In this document: positions 9,839 through 17,649 of the stretch, in pieces
Position numbering within the stretch: position 1 is the first letter of the stretch
How the letters are laid out: every line of letters starts with the position of its first letter
Assembly: GCA_022447095.1 (NCBI GenBank)
Contig: JAKUUP010000004.1
Span: 5,499 to 69,498 of the forward strand
Direction: 5' to 3'
Length of the DNA stretch: 64,000 bases
From: Candidatus Thalassarchaeum betae
Lineage (GTDB): Archaea > Thermoplasmatota > Poseidoniia > Poseidoniales > Thalassarchaeaceae
Notes under the pieces: generated by a model
The model's database searches: none
The model's input: the letters and a program-made list of their open reading frames with translations, nothing else
What the model was told of the DNA's origin: nothing
Position numbers and translations under genes: made by a program

Positions 9839-9881
9839 GTCCGAAAGGATTCATGGACAGCGACGGCTTCGCAATCCTGCT

Positions 9882-9967
9882 GCAGACGTCGCTTAGCCTG
9901 GTATAGCGCCGGATTTGAAATCCGGTGTCCTTGTGACTCGGGAGTTCAAATCTCTCCGTCTGCGCCA
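9882..9967 (+). tRNA. tRNA-Ser (anticodon UGA), class II with a long variable arm, CCA encoded
   Basis: Hand-folded. Acceptor GCAGACG/CGTCTGC; 3-bp D stem GCT/AGC with an 11-nt loop containing GG; anticodon stem CCGGA/TCCGG; loop TTTGAAA gives anticodon TGA; variable-arm hairpin GTC-CTTGT-GAC; T arm GGGAG-TTCAAAT-CTCTC; discriminator G followed by CCA. Confidence 0.8.
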
Positions 9968-9970
9968 CTA

Positions 9971-10984
9971 TCACTCGTTAGGAATCGAGGTTGCGCCCCG
10001 TACTGTCAACTGGTCGTCGTGGTACTGCATAATAGCTGGAGTAGTGATGACTGCCTCACCATCTACGTTCAGGAAAAGAGGGTCTCCGTCGGAGGCACTG
10101 AGTTCGAATCTCTCTGCGGGTTGCATGGTGACGCCCCACTTGCCGATGTGCTTGCCCTTCTCGAGAGGACCCATCAGCATCAGCATCTGCAGTTTGGAAA
10201 GGCCCCAAGCCATCACCAGCGAGCAATGGCCTTGGGTCGGCTTGGCTCCTGGGGCCACCCTGTATCCACCTCCGAAGGTTTGGCACTGACTCAGGCAGAA
10301 CAGACCCGAGAGGTCGATTCCTCTATCCTCTCCGTCGTCTATGGCGATCCTGCCTCGCTGCTTCTTCCAGAAAATGATCGCCTTGATAGCAAGAGCAGTG
10401 TACTTTGACTGGCCCCGTATCCACTTGAACTGGCCCTCGTCCTTCATCCGGTTGACAATCGAGGTTACACCGGCGTCACACTCGAGGAAGCTCCAGCGCA
10501 CGAGGTTGCCGGGCGTCTCCGGCTCGCCGTTGCAGGAGTGATGCACAGGGGCGGCCTTGACCGGATGATCTGGCGCTGGGGGTCCTTCGACGCGAACCGA
10601 GCCGACCCTGCGGTCGGTTCCGTTGACTAGGATGTCGACTGCACCCTGCATGTCACGGAACTTGTTGCCCTTCGGAGTGGGGATGCCATGGGCGCGGGCG
10701 TAGTCGTTGCCGCTTCCGATGGGGAGTATGCCCAGCACCTTGTCGGAGCCTCGCAGACCGGAGGCGACCTCGTGGGCGGTGCCGTCGCCGCCGACTGCGA
10801 CGACGAGTTCGTGATCGCCGTGGCGCAGTCCCTCAGCGATGTCCATCGCATGGCCCGGGGCCTCGGTGTGATGGAGGTCGATGTCGAAGCCGGCTTTCCT
10901 CAGAGCGGGCTCAAACTGGTCCCACTGCTTCACTGAGAGCCCGTCGCGAGCGTTAGGATTGAGGATGCAGGCAATGCGAGACAC
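9971..10984 (-). CDS. Diacylglycerol-kinase-family lipid kinase (DAGK_cat / YegS-like)
   Basis: SRIACILNPNARDG..HHTEAPGHA..ELVVAVGGDGTAHEVASGL..LGILPIGSGNDYAR is the DAGK catalytic signature. The likely start is the GTG at 10984. The 551-aa ORF on the track is an upstream read-through that overlaps ribD on the other strand. Confidence 0.7.
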   Translation of the reverse strand: MSRIACILNPNARDGLSVKQWDQFEPALRKAGFDIDLHHTEAPGHAMDIAEGLRHGDHELVVAVGGDGTAHEVASGLRGSDKVLGILPIGSGNDYARAHGIPTPKGNKFRDMQGAVDILVNGTDRRVGSVRVEGPPAPDHPVKAAPVHHSCNGEPETPGNLVRWSFLECDAGVTSIVNRMKDEGQFKWIRGQSKYTALAIKAIIFWKKQRGRIAIDDGEDRGIDLSGLFCLSQCQTFGGGYRVAPGAKPTQGHCSLVMAWGLSKLQMLMLMGPLEKGKHIGKWGVTMQPAERFELSASDGDPLFLNVDGEAVITTPAIMQYHDDQLTVRGATSIPNE

Positions 10985-11068
10985 AATATCTACAGGATGG
11001 GTTTGCAACTTGAATACTCTCAATACAAGAAATGATGAGTAGGAGGCAGTTCCCGAGTCTGGGATTAG

Positions 11069-12148
11069 ATGAACGGTGAAGCCGATTTCATGCGACGTGC
11101 GCTCGAGTTGGCCGAGTTCGGAAGAGGGCGGGTGATGCCCAACCCACCGGTCGGATGCGTGCTTGTGCGAGACAGCGAGATTGTCGCTGAGGGCTGGCAC
11201 GACCACATCGGTGGACTGCACGCTGAGCAGATGGCCATCGCCGACGCCGAGGTTCGTGGGGTTCCTACGCGAGGGACCACGGCTTACATCACCCTCGAGC
11301 CTTGCAATCACTTCGGCAGGACGCCGCCTTGCACAGAGGCCTTGCTCTGGGCCGGTGTGAGCCATGTCGTGGTCGGTGCAGCGGATCCGAATCCGACCGT
11401 AAGGGGTGGTGGGACCGAGACATTGCGCTCCGAGGGAGTAAATGTCGAGGAGGGTCTGCTCGTGGACGAGTGCGAGGAGCAGATGCACGAGTTCATGCAC
11501 TGGTGCCGGACTAGGCGCCCCCACGTTCTGCTCAAGGCCGCTATTGACGCCAACGGTCGGATTGACGGTGACCCAGCTCTGCCTGCGGAGCGCTTCTCCT
11601 CGGAGGCCTCGCTCGGGCTGGTTCACGAACTCCGAGCAGATTCTATGGCGATTCTAGTCGGGATCAACACCGTGATTCGCGACAATCCATCGCTGACAGT
11701 CCGCGGACCGGACATAAGCCCGAGGAGCTCACCTCTCAGAGTCGTAATTGACCCGAATTGCAGAGTTCCGGGAGATAGTAAGCTGCTGGTCGATGGTGCA
11801 GCGCCCACGCTGCTGGTCCACTGCACCAATCCGGGAGCCATCGACGATGCGCCTCATGTGGAGCGAATGGTGCTGACGGATGACGATGGTGAGTTACCGG
11901 TTTCACGGATTTTGGACATGCTGGGAGATCGTGGAATCCAATCCCTCCTAGTCGAAGGAGGAGCGGATACCTGGAGGCGCTTCCTCACAGAGGAAGCGGT
12001 CGACCGAGCACACCTGTGTCGCTCGCCCTCCACCTTGTCCGGCGACAGTGGTCTGACGTTCGACGAAAACGAGTTGTCGGACGCCGGACTGAGGTGCGTT
12101 TCGACGATCGATGTGGACGGTGACGAAGTTAGCCACTGGAAGCGATAG
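11069..12148 (+). CDS. ribD: Bifunctional riboflavin biosynthesis protein RibD (pyrimidine deaminase plus reductase), bacterial type
   Basis: The N-terminal CDA-fold zinc motifs HAE...TLEPCNHFGRTPPC and the C-terminal RibD_C reductase domain lie in one polypeptide. Confidence 0.75.
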   Translation: MNGEADFMRRALELAEFGRGRVMPNPPVGCVLVRDSEIVAEGWHDHIGGLHAEQMAIADAEVRGVPTRGTTAYITLEPCNHFGRTPPCTEALLWAGVSHVVVGAADPNPTVRGGGTETLRSEGVNVEEGLLVDECEEQMHEFMHWCRTRRPHVLLKAAIDANGRIDGDPALPAERFSSEASLGLVHELRADSMAILVGINTVIRDNPSLTVRGPDISPRSSPLRVVIDPNCRVPGDSKLLVDGAAPTLLVHCTNPGAIDDAPHVERMVLTDDDGELPVSRILDMLGDRGIQSLLVEGGADTWRRFLTEEAVDRAHLCRSPSTLSGDSGLTFDENELSDAGLRCVSTIDVDGDEVSHWKR

Positions 12149-12225
12149 TGGCGGGCCGTGCAGGATTCGAACCCACGTCTCCGGCTCCGAAAGCCGGAAG
12201 GATATCCAGACTACCCTAACAGCCC
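12149..12225 (-). tRNA. tRNA-Arg (anticodon UCG), CCA encoded
   Basis: Hand-folded on the minus strand. Acceptor GGGCTGT/ACGGCCC with one G-U pair; D stem GGGT/ATCC; anticodon stem CCGGC/GCCGG; loop TTTCGGA gives anticodon TCG; T arm GTGGG-TTCGAAT-CCTGC; GCCA tail. The geometry between D and anticodon stems is slightly irregular (one extra nt). Confidence 0.65.
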
Positions 12226-12256
12226 TCTCCAACTCGCGAGCCGTGGCGACCCGTCT

Positions 12257-13387
12257 TCAATCCGCCGGATGGCAGACAACCACCATCCTCGCTAGGCTAC
12301 GGTGCACCCTAATTGGAGATTTGAGCACCGGAACCCACCCGCGTTCCCGTATGAGGGCCTCGACTTCACCCCAAGGCCTGCCCATCACTTGGTAATTCTG
12401 TTCAGATTCCTGTGAGAGGGTTTCCGGGCCTGCTGGAAGCATCGTGCAAACGGCGCCCTGCGAGTCTATCTGGTGAGCAGCTGACATCGCCTCTAGGAGC
12501 AGTTCTAGTCCGTCGTCCGACTTCCAAGAGCTGCGTCCGTAGGGCGGGTCGAAGGCGAAGATGCAGTCGCTCCTCTCACCCCAGACGGAGGCGACGTCGG
12601 CTACTGCGCTCATCTCGACGCTCGCCGACACACCCGCCCAATCGAGATTCTGACGGGTCCCCTCGACCATTCGGCCATCGAGGTCACTGGCTAGGGCCTC
12701 CAAACCCTGCAACGCGGCTTCGATCGCTATTCCACCGGTGCCGCAGAACGGGTCGACCACAGTGGTCGACTGTACTCCAGCGCGATGTGCTAGGGATATC
12801 AGCAGCCTCGCCTGTCGGGGGTCTAGAGAGACTGGTTGGAAGAACGGCCTATCAGTCGGTGCTCTGCCGGTGAAACTCTCACGCTGCCAGGCGGACTCAC
12901 GAAGCCCCCAGACGACTTTCGGGCCGATGAAGTTCATTGAGTCGCGGTGTATGGGACCGTCTTCGGGACCCGCCAGAACTACCACGATCTCGTGTTCCGG
13001 GCTCTCAAGGTTCACCGGGTTGGCTTTACTCATAACCAGCGCTCCCACTTCGCCCTCGATGGCATTGCGGGACAGACCATCGATTCCAGTGCCGAGGTTA
13101 CGTGCACGGACAGCAAAACTGCCTTTCGGAAGATTCGAACCTGCCCACTCAGCAATATGTTGGGCTATTTCTCCATCTGTGATGCTTGAATGTAGCCAGA
13201 CTCGTCCAGCGCTGCTCAGGACCTCGTCGAGCAAGGCGGCCCTAGAGAGGCGGCGGATCGCTGAATCGGTATACGGGATGTAGACCACCCTCGGATGGAT
13301 GACCTCGAGAGGTCCTGTTAGCGCCTTGATCTCGGCCCTGAACAGGTGCGGATGCCATCCGCTGCCAATCAGAGTCAGTCCCTGCAT
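12257..13387 (-). CDS. tRNA (guanine10-N2)-methyltransferase, THUMP-domain Trm-G10/Trm11 family
   Basis: N-terminal THUMP-like region followed by MTase motifs VDPFCGTGGIAIEAA (motif I) and FAFDPPYG (DPPY N-MTase motif IV). Confidence 0.7.
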   Translation of the reverse strand: MQGLTLIGSGWHPHLFRAEIKALTGPLEVIHPRVVYIPYTDSAIRRLSRAALLDEVLSSAGRVWLHSSITDGEIAQHIAEWAGSNLPKGSFAVRARNLGTGIDGLSRNAIEGEVGALVMSKANPVNLESPEHEIVVVLAGPEDGPIHRDSMNFIGPKVVWGLRESAWQRESFTGRAPTDRPFFQPVSLDPRQARLLISLAHRAGVQSTTVVDPFCGTGGIAIEAALQGLEALASDLDGRMVEGTRQNLDWAGVSASVEMSAVADVASVWGERSDCIFAFDPPYGRSSWKSDDGLELLLEAMSAAHQIDSQGAVCTMLPAGPETLSQESEQNYQVMGRPWGEVEALIRERGWVPVLKSPIRVHRSLARMVVVCHPAD

Positions 13388-13476
13388 ACGCGCCCCTCCA
13401 TGCGGTCGGCGGCGGGCTTCAACCCTAAATGCCTCGACCGTTACCGTGGACCACCACGGCGAGGGGGAAAGCGAGA

Positions 13477-14484
13477 ATGGGTTGCAACTTACGCGATTTG
13501 GCTGTCATCGAGACCCTCGAGATGAGTGATCTTTCAGGTCAGAGAGTGGCTGTGGACACCTTCCTCAACGCCTACCAGTTCATCACCTCGCTGACCGGCG
13601 AGGATGGCAAGCCGCTGTCGTACAACGGCAAGCCGGTGGCCCATCTCATGGGATTCCTCGACCGTACCACCGTTATGCTCTCAGAGGGCATCGACCCGGT
13701 GTACGTCTTCGACGGTCGGCCGCACGAACTCAAGCGCGAGACCCTGAAGGGGAGAAGGGAGCGTAAGACAGAGGCGGTCTCTCGCTGGGAGGCGGCCGTC
13801 GAGGCGGGTGACATGACCGCGGCCAAGAAGCTCGGCCCCCAGACCGCCGAGTACACGCGCGAGATGGTGGCTGAAACCAAGCGGCTGTTCGAGCTCCTCG
13901 GAGTGACTTGGGTCGAGGCCCCGATGGAGGCAGAGGGAGCGGCTGCAGTTCGCTGCGCGAGGGGCGAGGTCGGCGCTGTGGCCAGTCAGGACTGGGACAC
14001 CCTGCTGTACGGCGCACCGGTGATGGTGCGCAACCTCACCTCGCACGGAACGAGGAGATTCGGACGCGTGTTGCAGGCGGAGAAGGTCGTGCTGGCCGAC
14101 ACCTTGGCCAAGCACGATATCACCCACGAGCAGCTGGTCGACCTCGGAATCATGATCGGGACCGATTTTCACCCGGGAATCAGGGGCATCGGCCCCAAGA
14201 CTGGGCTCAAACTGATTCGCGAGCATGGCACTCTCGAGGCGGTCGCAGAGGCGAGGGGTTTCGAGATTCCCGAGCGGCTAGATGAGATACGTTCCCTCTT
14301 CCTCGAGCATCCCACCACGCCCGACGCGCTGCCCCGCTCGACCCATGCTGTCGAGGAGGATCTGCGGGCCTTCCTGCAGGATGAGCGCGGCTTCTCTGAG
14401 GGTCGCGTGCAGCGCGCTCTCGACCGGCTGACCGGTGTGGCTAGGCTACGCTCGTCAAGCCAGCCTACCTTGTTCGATTTCTGA
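13477..14484 (+). CDS. fen: Flap endonuclease 1
   Basis: MGCNLRDL..QRVAVDTFLNAYQF...VYVFDGRPHELK.. and the C-terminal TLFDF PCNA-box-like end. Good SD GAGGGGGAAAGCGAGA ahead of the ATG at 13477 (the ORF frame opens at 13429). Confidence 0.85.
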   Translation: MGCNLRDLAVIETLEMSDLSGQRVAVDTFLNAYQFITSLTGEDGKPLSYNGKPVAHLMGFLDRTTVMLSEGIDPVYVFDGRPHELKRETLKGRRERKTEAVSRWEAAVEAGDMTAAKKLGPQTAEYTREMVAETKRLFELLGVTWVEAPMEAEGAAAVRCARGEVGAVASQDWDTLLYGAPVMVRNLTSHGTRRFGRVLQAEKVVLADTLAKHDITHEQLVDLGIMIGTDFHPGIRGIGPKTGLKLIREHGTLEAVAEARGFEIPERLDEIRSLFLEHPTTPDALPRSTHAVEEDLRAFLQDERGFSEGRVQRALDRLTGVARLRSSSQPTLFDF

Positions 14485-14493
14485 TTGGGGCGG

Positions 14494-14524
14494 CTCGCCC
14501 GGGGACTGAAACGCCCCCGGGGAG
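14494..14524. terminator. GC-rich hairpin between convergent fen and the acidic-protein gene (putative bidirectional terminator)
   Basis: CCCGGGG-actgaaacg-CCCCGGG, a 7-bp perfect stem, centred between two convergent stop codons. Confidence 0.4.
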
Positions 14525-14585
14525 CCTGTCTCCGCTATGTCATAACTCGACGACTGCGGGCTTGCAGAGCGAAGTCATGCGGCAA

Positions 14586-16085
14586 TCATAGAATGCCGTT
14601 GTCTTCTTCGTCGTCTGGGATGCCATCGCCATCGTCGTCATCGTCTAGATGATCGGGGATGCCGTCGTTGTCGTGGTCAAACTGACCAGTCAAATCCCAG
14701 CCGTCGTTCTGCTCAAACCAGTCGGAGAGTCCGTCGTTGTCGTCGTCGGTGTCAGTGCGGTCGGATAGACCATCGTTGTCGTGGTCGTACCGCCAGACTC
14801 CAACTACGCCGTCGATTTCGTCGACGTCGAGGATGTTATCGTTGTCATCGTCAGGGTCGACACCGTCGTCCAGTCCGTCGTTGTCGTGATCGCGCGAGTA
14901 GTCCTCGCCGTTCGGTCCAACGTCGTTCCAGTTGTCAATGCCATCGTTGTCGATGTCGAAGTCCACGTTGTCGGGGACACCGTCGTTGTCGTGGTCGTAG
15001 ATGTCGGTGTTCGGGTTGCCGTCATTGACTTCCTCGCGGTCGTCTATGCCGTCTCCGTCGTCATCATCGTCCTCTGCATCGTCGATGCCATCGTTGTCGT
15101 GGTCCTCCGGGAAGGCATCCTGATTGTCTGGGATGCCATCGTTGTCATCATCAAAGTCGAGATCATCTGGGATCCCGTCTCCGTCGTTGTCGTTCTCGCC
15201 GTTCTGGTCCTGGTTGTCGAGCTGCTGACTTTGCTGCTGGTCTGACTGCTGGCCTTGCTGACCCTGGTTGTTGTCCTGGGTCTGGCCCTGCTGCTGCTGG
15301 TTCTGACCGTTCTGGTTGTCACCATTCTGGTCTTGGCTCTCTTGGTCGCCTTGCTGGCCACTTTGTTCGCCACCCTGCTGCTGCTGTCCCTGACCGTTGT
15401 CCTGTTGCTGGCCCTGCTCACCTTGCTGGCCTTCCTGGCCTTGCTGGCCATCCTGACCGGATTGTGAGCCTTGGTCCTGGCCCTGGCCTTGCTGGCCGTT
15501 CTGGCCCTGACCTTGTCCTTGACCCTGTCCTTGACCTTGTCCTTGACCCTGTCCTTCGCCTGGCTGAGGTTGCTGCTCGGATTGTCCGCCACCATCGGTG
15601 CCGCCGTCTCCAGCGCCTTCCTCGTTGCCCTCAAAGTCAGGATCATAAGCATCAGGTATACCGTCGCCGTCGGAGTCCGAAGAGGATCCATCGTTAGGAT
15701 CGTTCGGGAACGGGTCCTGGCCGTCGTTCGTCCCATCGCCGTCGGTGTCTGCCGAGTTCGGGTTGGTACCCGCGGCATACTCCTGAGCGTTGGTCAGACC
15801 GTCGCCATCCGGGTCCGCGTTCGCATCACCGGCCGAGTTGGGGTTGAGGCCATAGGCCACTTCCCAACCGTCCGGGAGACCGTCGTTGTCGGTGTCTGGG
15901 TTATTCATATCAGTTCCTGCATTCTGCTCCTCTGCGTTGGTCAGACCATCGCCATCCCAGTCGGCACCGCCGTCATCAGGATTCAGAGGGTCGGAACCAT
16001 CGGCGCTGACGCCGGTGGATCCTGCCATCATCACTAGAAGCAGAGCAATCAACATGCTCGTATTCTTTGTTTTCTGCATTTTCAT
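14586..16085 (-). CDS. Secreted hyper-acidic calcium-binding protein with thrombospondin-type-3-like DxDxDG repeats and a central Gly/Gln-rich low-complexity region
   Basis: N-terminal signal peptide ([23 protein letters not shown]). More than 15 copies of motifs such as [21 protein letters not shown] and DDDNDGLSD (TSP3/OmpA-like Ca-binding loops). The centre is QGQGQG... Confidence 0.7.
   Translation of the reverse strand: MKMQKTKNTSMLIALLLVMMAGSTGVSADGSDPLNPDDGGADWDGDGLTNAEEQNAGTDMNNPDTDNDGLPDGWEVAYGLNPNSAGDANADPDGDGLTNAQEYAAGTNPNSADTDGDGTNDGQDPFPNDPNDGSSSDSDGDGIPDAYDPDFEGNEEGAGDGGTDGGGQSEQQPQPGEGQGQGQGQGQGQGQGQGQNGQQGQGQDQGSQSGQDGQQGQEGQQGEQGQQQDNGQGQQQQGGEQSGQQGDQESQDQNGDNQNGQNQQQQGQTQDNNQGQQGQQSDQQQSQQLDNQDQNGENDNDGDGIPDDLDFDDDNDGIPDNQDAFPEDHDNDGIDDAEDDDDDGDGIDDREEVNDGNPNTDIYDHDNDGVPDNVDFDIDNDGIDNWNDVGPNGEDYSRDHDNDGLDDGVDPDDDNDNILDVDEIDGVVGVWRYDHDNDGLSDRTDTDDDNDGLSDWFEQNDGWDLTGQFDHDNDGIPDHLDDDDDGDGIPDDEEDNGIL
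15235..15600. repeat. CAG/CTG- and GGN-rich low-complexity tract. It includes a near-perfect tandem 12-mer microsatellite (CCTTGACCYTGT)n at about 15505-15555 that encodes (GQ)n
   Basis: Visible tandem array ccttgaccctgtccttgaccttgtccttgaccctgtcc inside the acidic-protein gene. Confidence 0.7.
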
Positions 16086-16105
16086 TTCACTTCCAAATTC
16101 AGTTC

Positions 16106-16399
16106 AGAGAACCCGCTGTTCTCTCTTTCCGGCGAATGCTCGCGCTTTTGCGTGCGCGGGGACTCGAGCCGGGAGGGGTTAGGATGGTAGTCTGGAGCGA
16201 ACTGAACTAACGGTTTTTCGACTAACAAAACGCTACACTGAGCGCCATTTTGCTCGTCTCCTGAACCTGCCTTATCTCTGCTTGCTCCTCCTCTACTATT
16301 CATCCATTCTCACGGGCTTTCACAGGGAACCCACTGTTCCCTCTGACTTTTGGAGCCCAATGGGCTCTATTTCAAGGGTTCCCGTGACTGAATCACGGG
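16106..16399. promoter_or_regulatory. Intergenic island with four strong hairpins and a lower-GC core
   Basis: Perfect inverted repeats: GAGAAC-ccgct-GTTCTC (16106-16122); AGGGAAC-ccact-GTTCCCT (16324-16342); GAGCCCA-a-TGGGCTC (16353-16367); CCCGTGA-ctgaa-TCACGGG (16381-16399, covers the stop codon of the 16393-16755 gene). Hairpins 1 and 2 share the 17-mer consensus GRGAACCCRCTGTTCYC. Confidence 0.5.
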
Positions 16400-16755
16400 G
16401 TGAGCTTTGCCAATTCGGCTTTGAACCGGGCCGAACCGAGTAAATGCAGCACGGGAGTCGCTAGAGTGCCGATGACCAAGGCTGCTAGGAATACGTTTGA
16501 CCAGAGTTCGATATCGTTTCCGAGGGTGAGGTAGAGGAGCCAGCCGGCACCGGTGAAGAACCACAGACGGTAGCGCCGGCCGAACAGAGTGAGTCGTGAC
16601 TTGGCCAGATCATCAGAGTAGAGTTGTGGCACCTCCTCGGCATCGACGAGGTCGTTCTCCACAGCGCACCGCACGCACACTTGGTAGCGCGGTCCGTTGC
16701 CGCTCACGAACTGGCTGCTTGGGTAGTTCTGTGTGCACATCCTGCAGGTAGGCAT
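16393..16755 (-). CDS. Small membrane protein with an N-terminal zinc-ribbon-like CxxC...CxxC motif and two C-terminal TM helices
   Basis: Sequence PTCRMC...CVRC is followed by hydrophobic segments WFFTGAGWLLYLTLG and VFLAALVIGTLATPVLHLLG. Confidence 0.4.
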   Translation of the reverse strand: MPTCRMCTQNYPSSQFVSGNGPRYQVCVRCAVENDLVDAEEVPQLYSDDLAKSRLTLFGRRYRLWFFTGAGWLLYLTLGNDIELWSNVFLAALVIGTLATPVLHLLGSARFKAELAKLTP

Positions 16756-16834
16756 GCTGCTTCGATTCTACCACCGAGGACCGCTCCTTCAACGCTACGG
16801 TTAGCGGGCCAGCGGGAGTCGTCCATCTGGCTCG

Positions 16835-17608
16835 CTACAGGTCGCCGGCGGTGACCCAAGCACTCTCAAGCCGAACGAGCCAGGATTCCCGGGCGGCTTG
16901 GAACAGTCTTCCTTGCGGTCTGCCAATCTTCGTGCCGTCGATGGTGCCGACTGCTCGGATGCCCATACCGCTTCCTACGACCATCATCTCAGAGGCGCGC
17001 AGGATCATGCTCAGGGTGAGTCGGGCCCCCCTGACTGGGATGCCTGCTGCCTCGAGACCTGATCTGATCTGCTCAATGGTTACCGAGTCTAGGGCGCCGT
17101 CACTGTGCTTGGGATGGTAGGCCACGCCGTCGTGGTCCAGCAGCAGCGGTGCACATCTGTCACCGTCGATGAGGATGTCGCCCTCGAACAACAAGGCGAT
17201 GTCGGCGCCGTGCTCGATGGCCGTCTGCCTCGCGTCACTGTACGGCTCCCACTCAGCGTGCTTTGTGCCCCTAACGGGCTCTTCCCAGTTAGGGGCCGCG
17301 AGGGAGATTGCGGCCAGAGGGGCGTCGGGCCACGTCCTGATAACGGTCGGCTCGACGAATATCTCCCCGTTCGCCCTGACTCCCGCTCTGATGAGGAAGG
17401 TAGCTTGGTCCGTGCTGTCGTTGGGCTCGCTGGGGTGCTCTAGGGTACCTAGGGCCTCGAAGACTCTCTCAGCCAAGTCATCCGGGGCCTCTATCCCTAG
17501 GACTGCGGCGTGACGGGAGATTCTGGCGAAGTGCATGTCAGCTGCCAGTAGGGATTCTCTTCCATCCCATGCGATAGCCGACCAGACGGCCGAACGAGGG
17601 TCGGTCAT
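16835..17608 (-). CDS. Class-IV (fold-type IV) PLP-dependent aminotransferase-like protein, aminodeoxychorismate-lyase/D-aminotransferase-sized
   Basis: N-terminal HFARISRHAAVLGI, central FEGDILIDGDRCAPLLLDHDGVAYHP and C-terminal LTLSMILRASEMMVVGSGMGIRAVGTIDGTKIG resemble the PabC/IlvE-family blocks. About 257 aa. Confidence 0.45.
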   Translation of the reverse strand: MTDPRSAVWSAIAWDGRESLLAADMHFARISRHAAVLGIEAPDDLAERVFEALGTLEHPSEPNDSTDQATFLIRAGVRANGEIFVEPTVIRTWPDAPLAAISLAAPNWEEPVRGTKHAEWEPYSDARQTAIEHGADIALLFEGDILIDGDRCAPLLLDHDGVAYHPKHSDGALDSVTIEQIRSGLEAAGIPVRGARLTLSMILRASEMMVVGSGMGIRAVGTIDGTKIGRPQGRLFQAARESWLVRLESAWVTAGDL

Positions 17609-17649
17609 GCCATGCGATGGCAGTCAATGCTTCAATGCCTGCGTTGGCA

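Noticed and set aside
9971-11626. 551-aa minus-strand ORF
   Set aside because: Only the C-terminal ~338 aa (from the GTG at 10984) is DAGK-like. The upstream part overlaps ribD on the opposite strand and has no features, so it is a GC-rich read-through and not a real N-terminus.
12738-13283. 181-aa plus-strand ORF
   Set aside because: Antisense to the Trm-G10 methyltransferase gene.
13681-14226. 181-aa minus-strand ORF (and 13730-14017, 13908-14285)
   Set aside because: Antisense or alternate frames inside fen1.
15044-15778. 244-aa Arg/Thr-rich ORF (and 14781-15245 plus-strand poly-Val ORF)
   Set aside because: These are alternative-frame or antisense readings of the repetitive GAC/GGN-rich acidic-protein gene. 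The real frame is supported by the signal peptide and TSP3 repeats.
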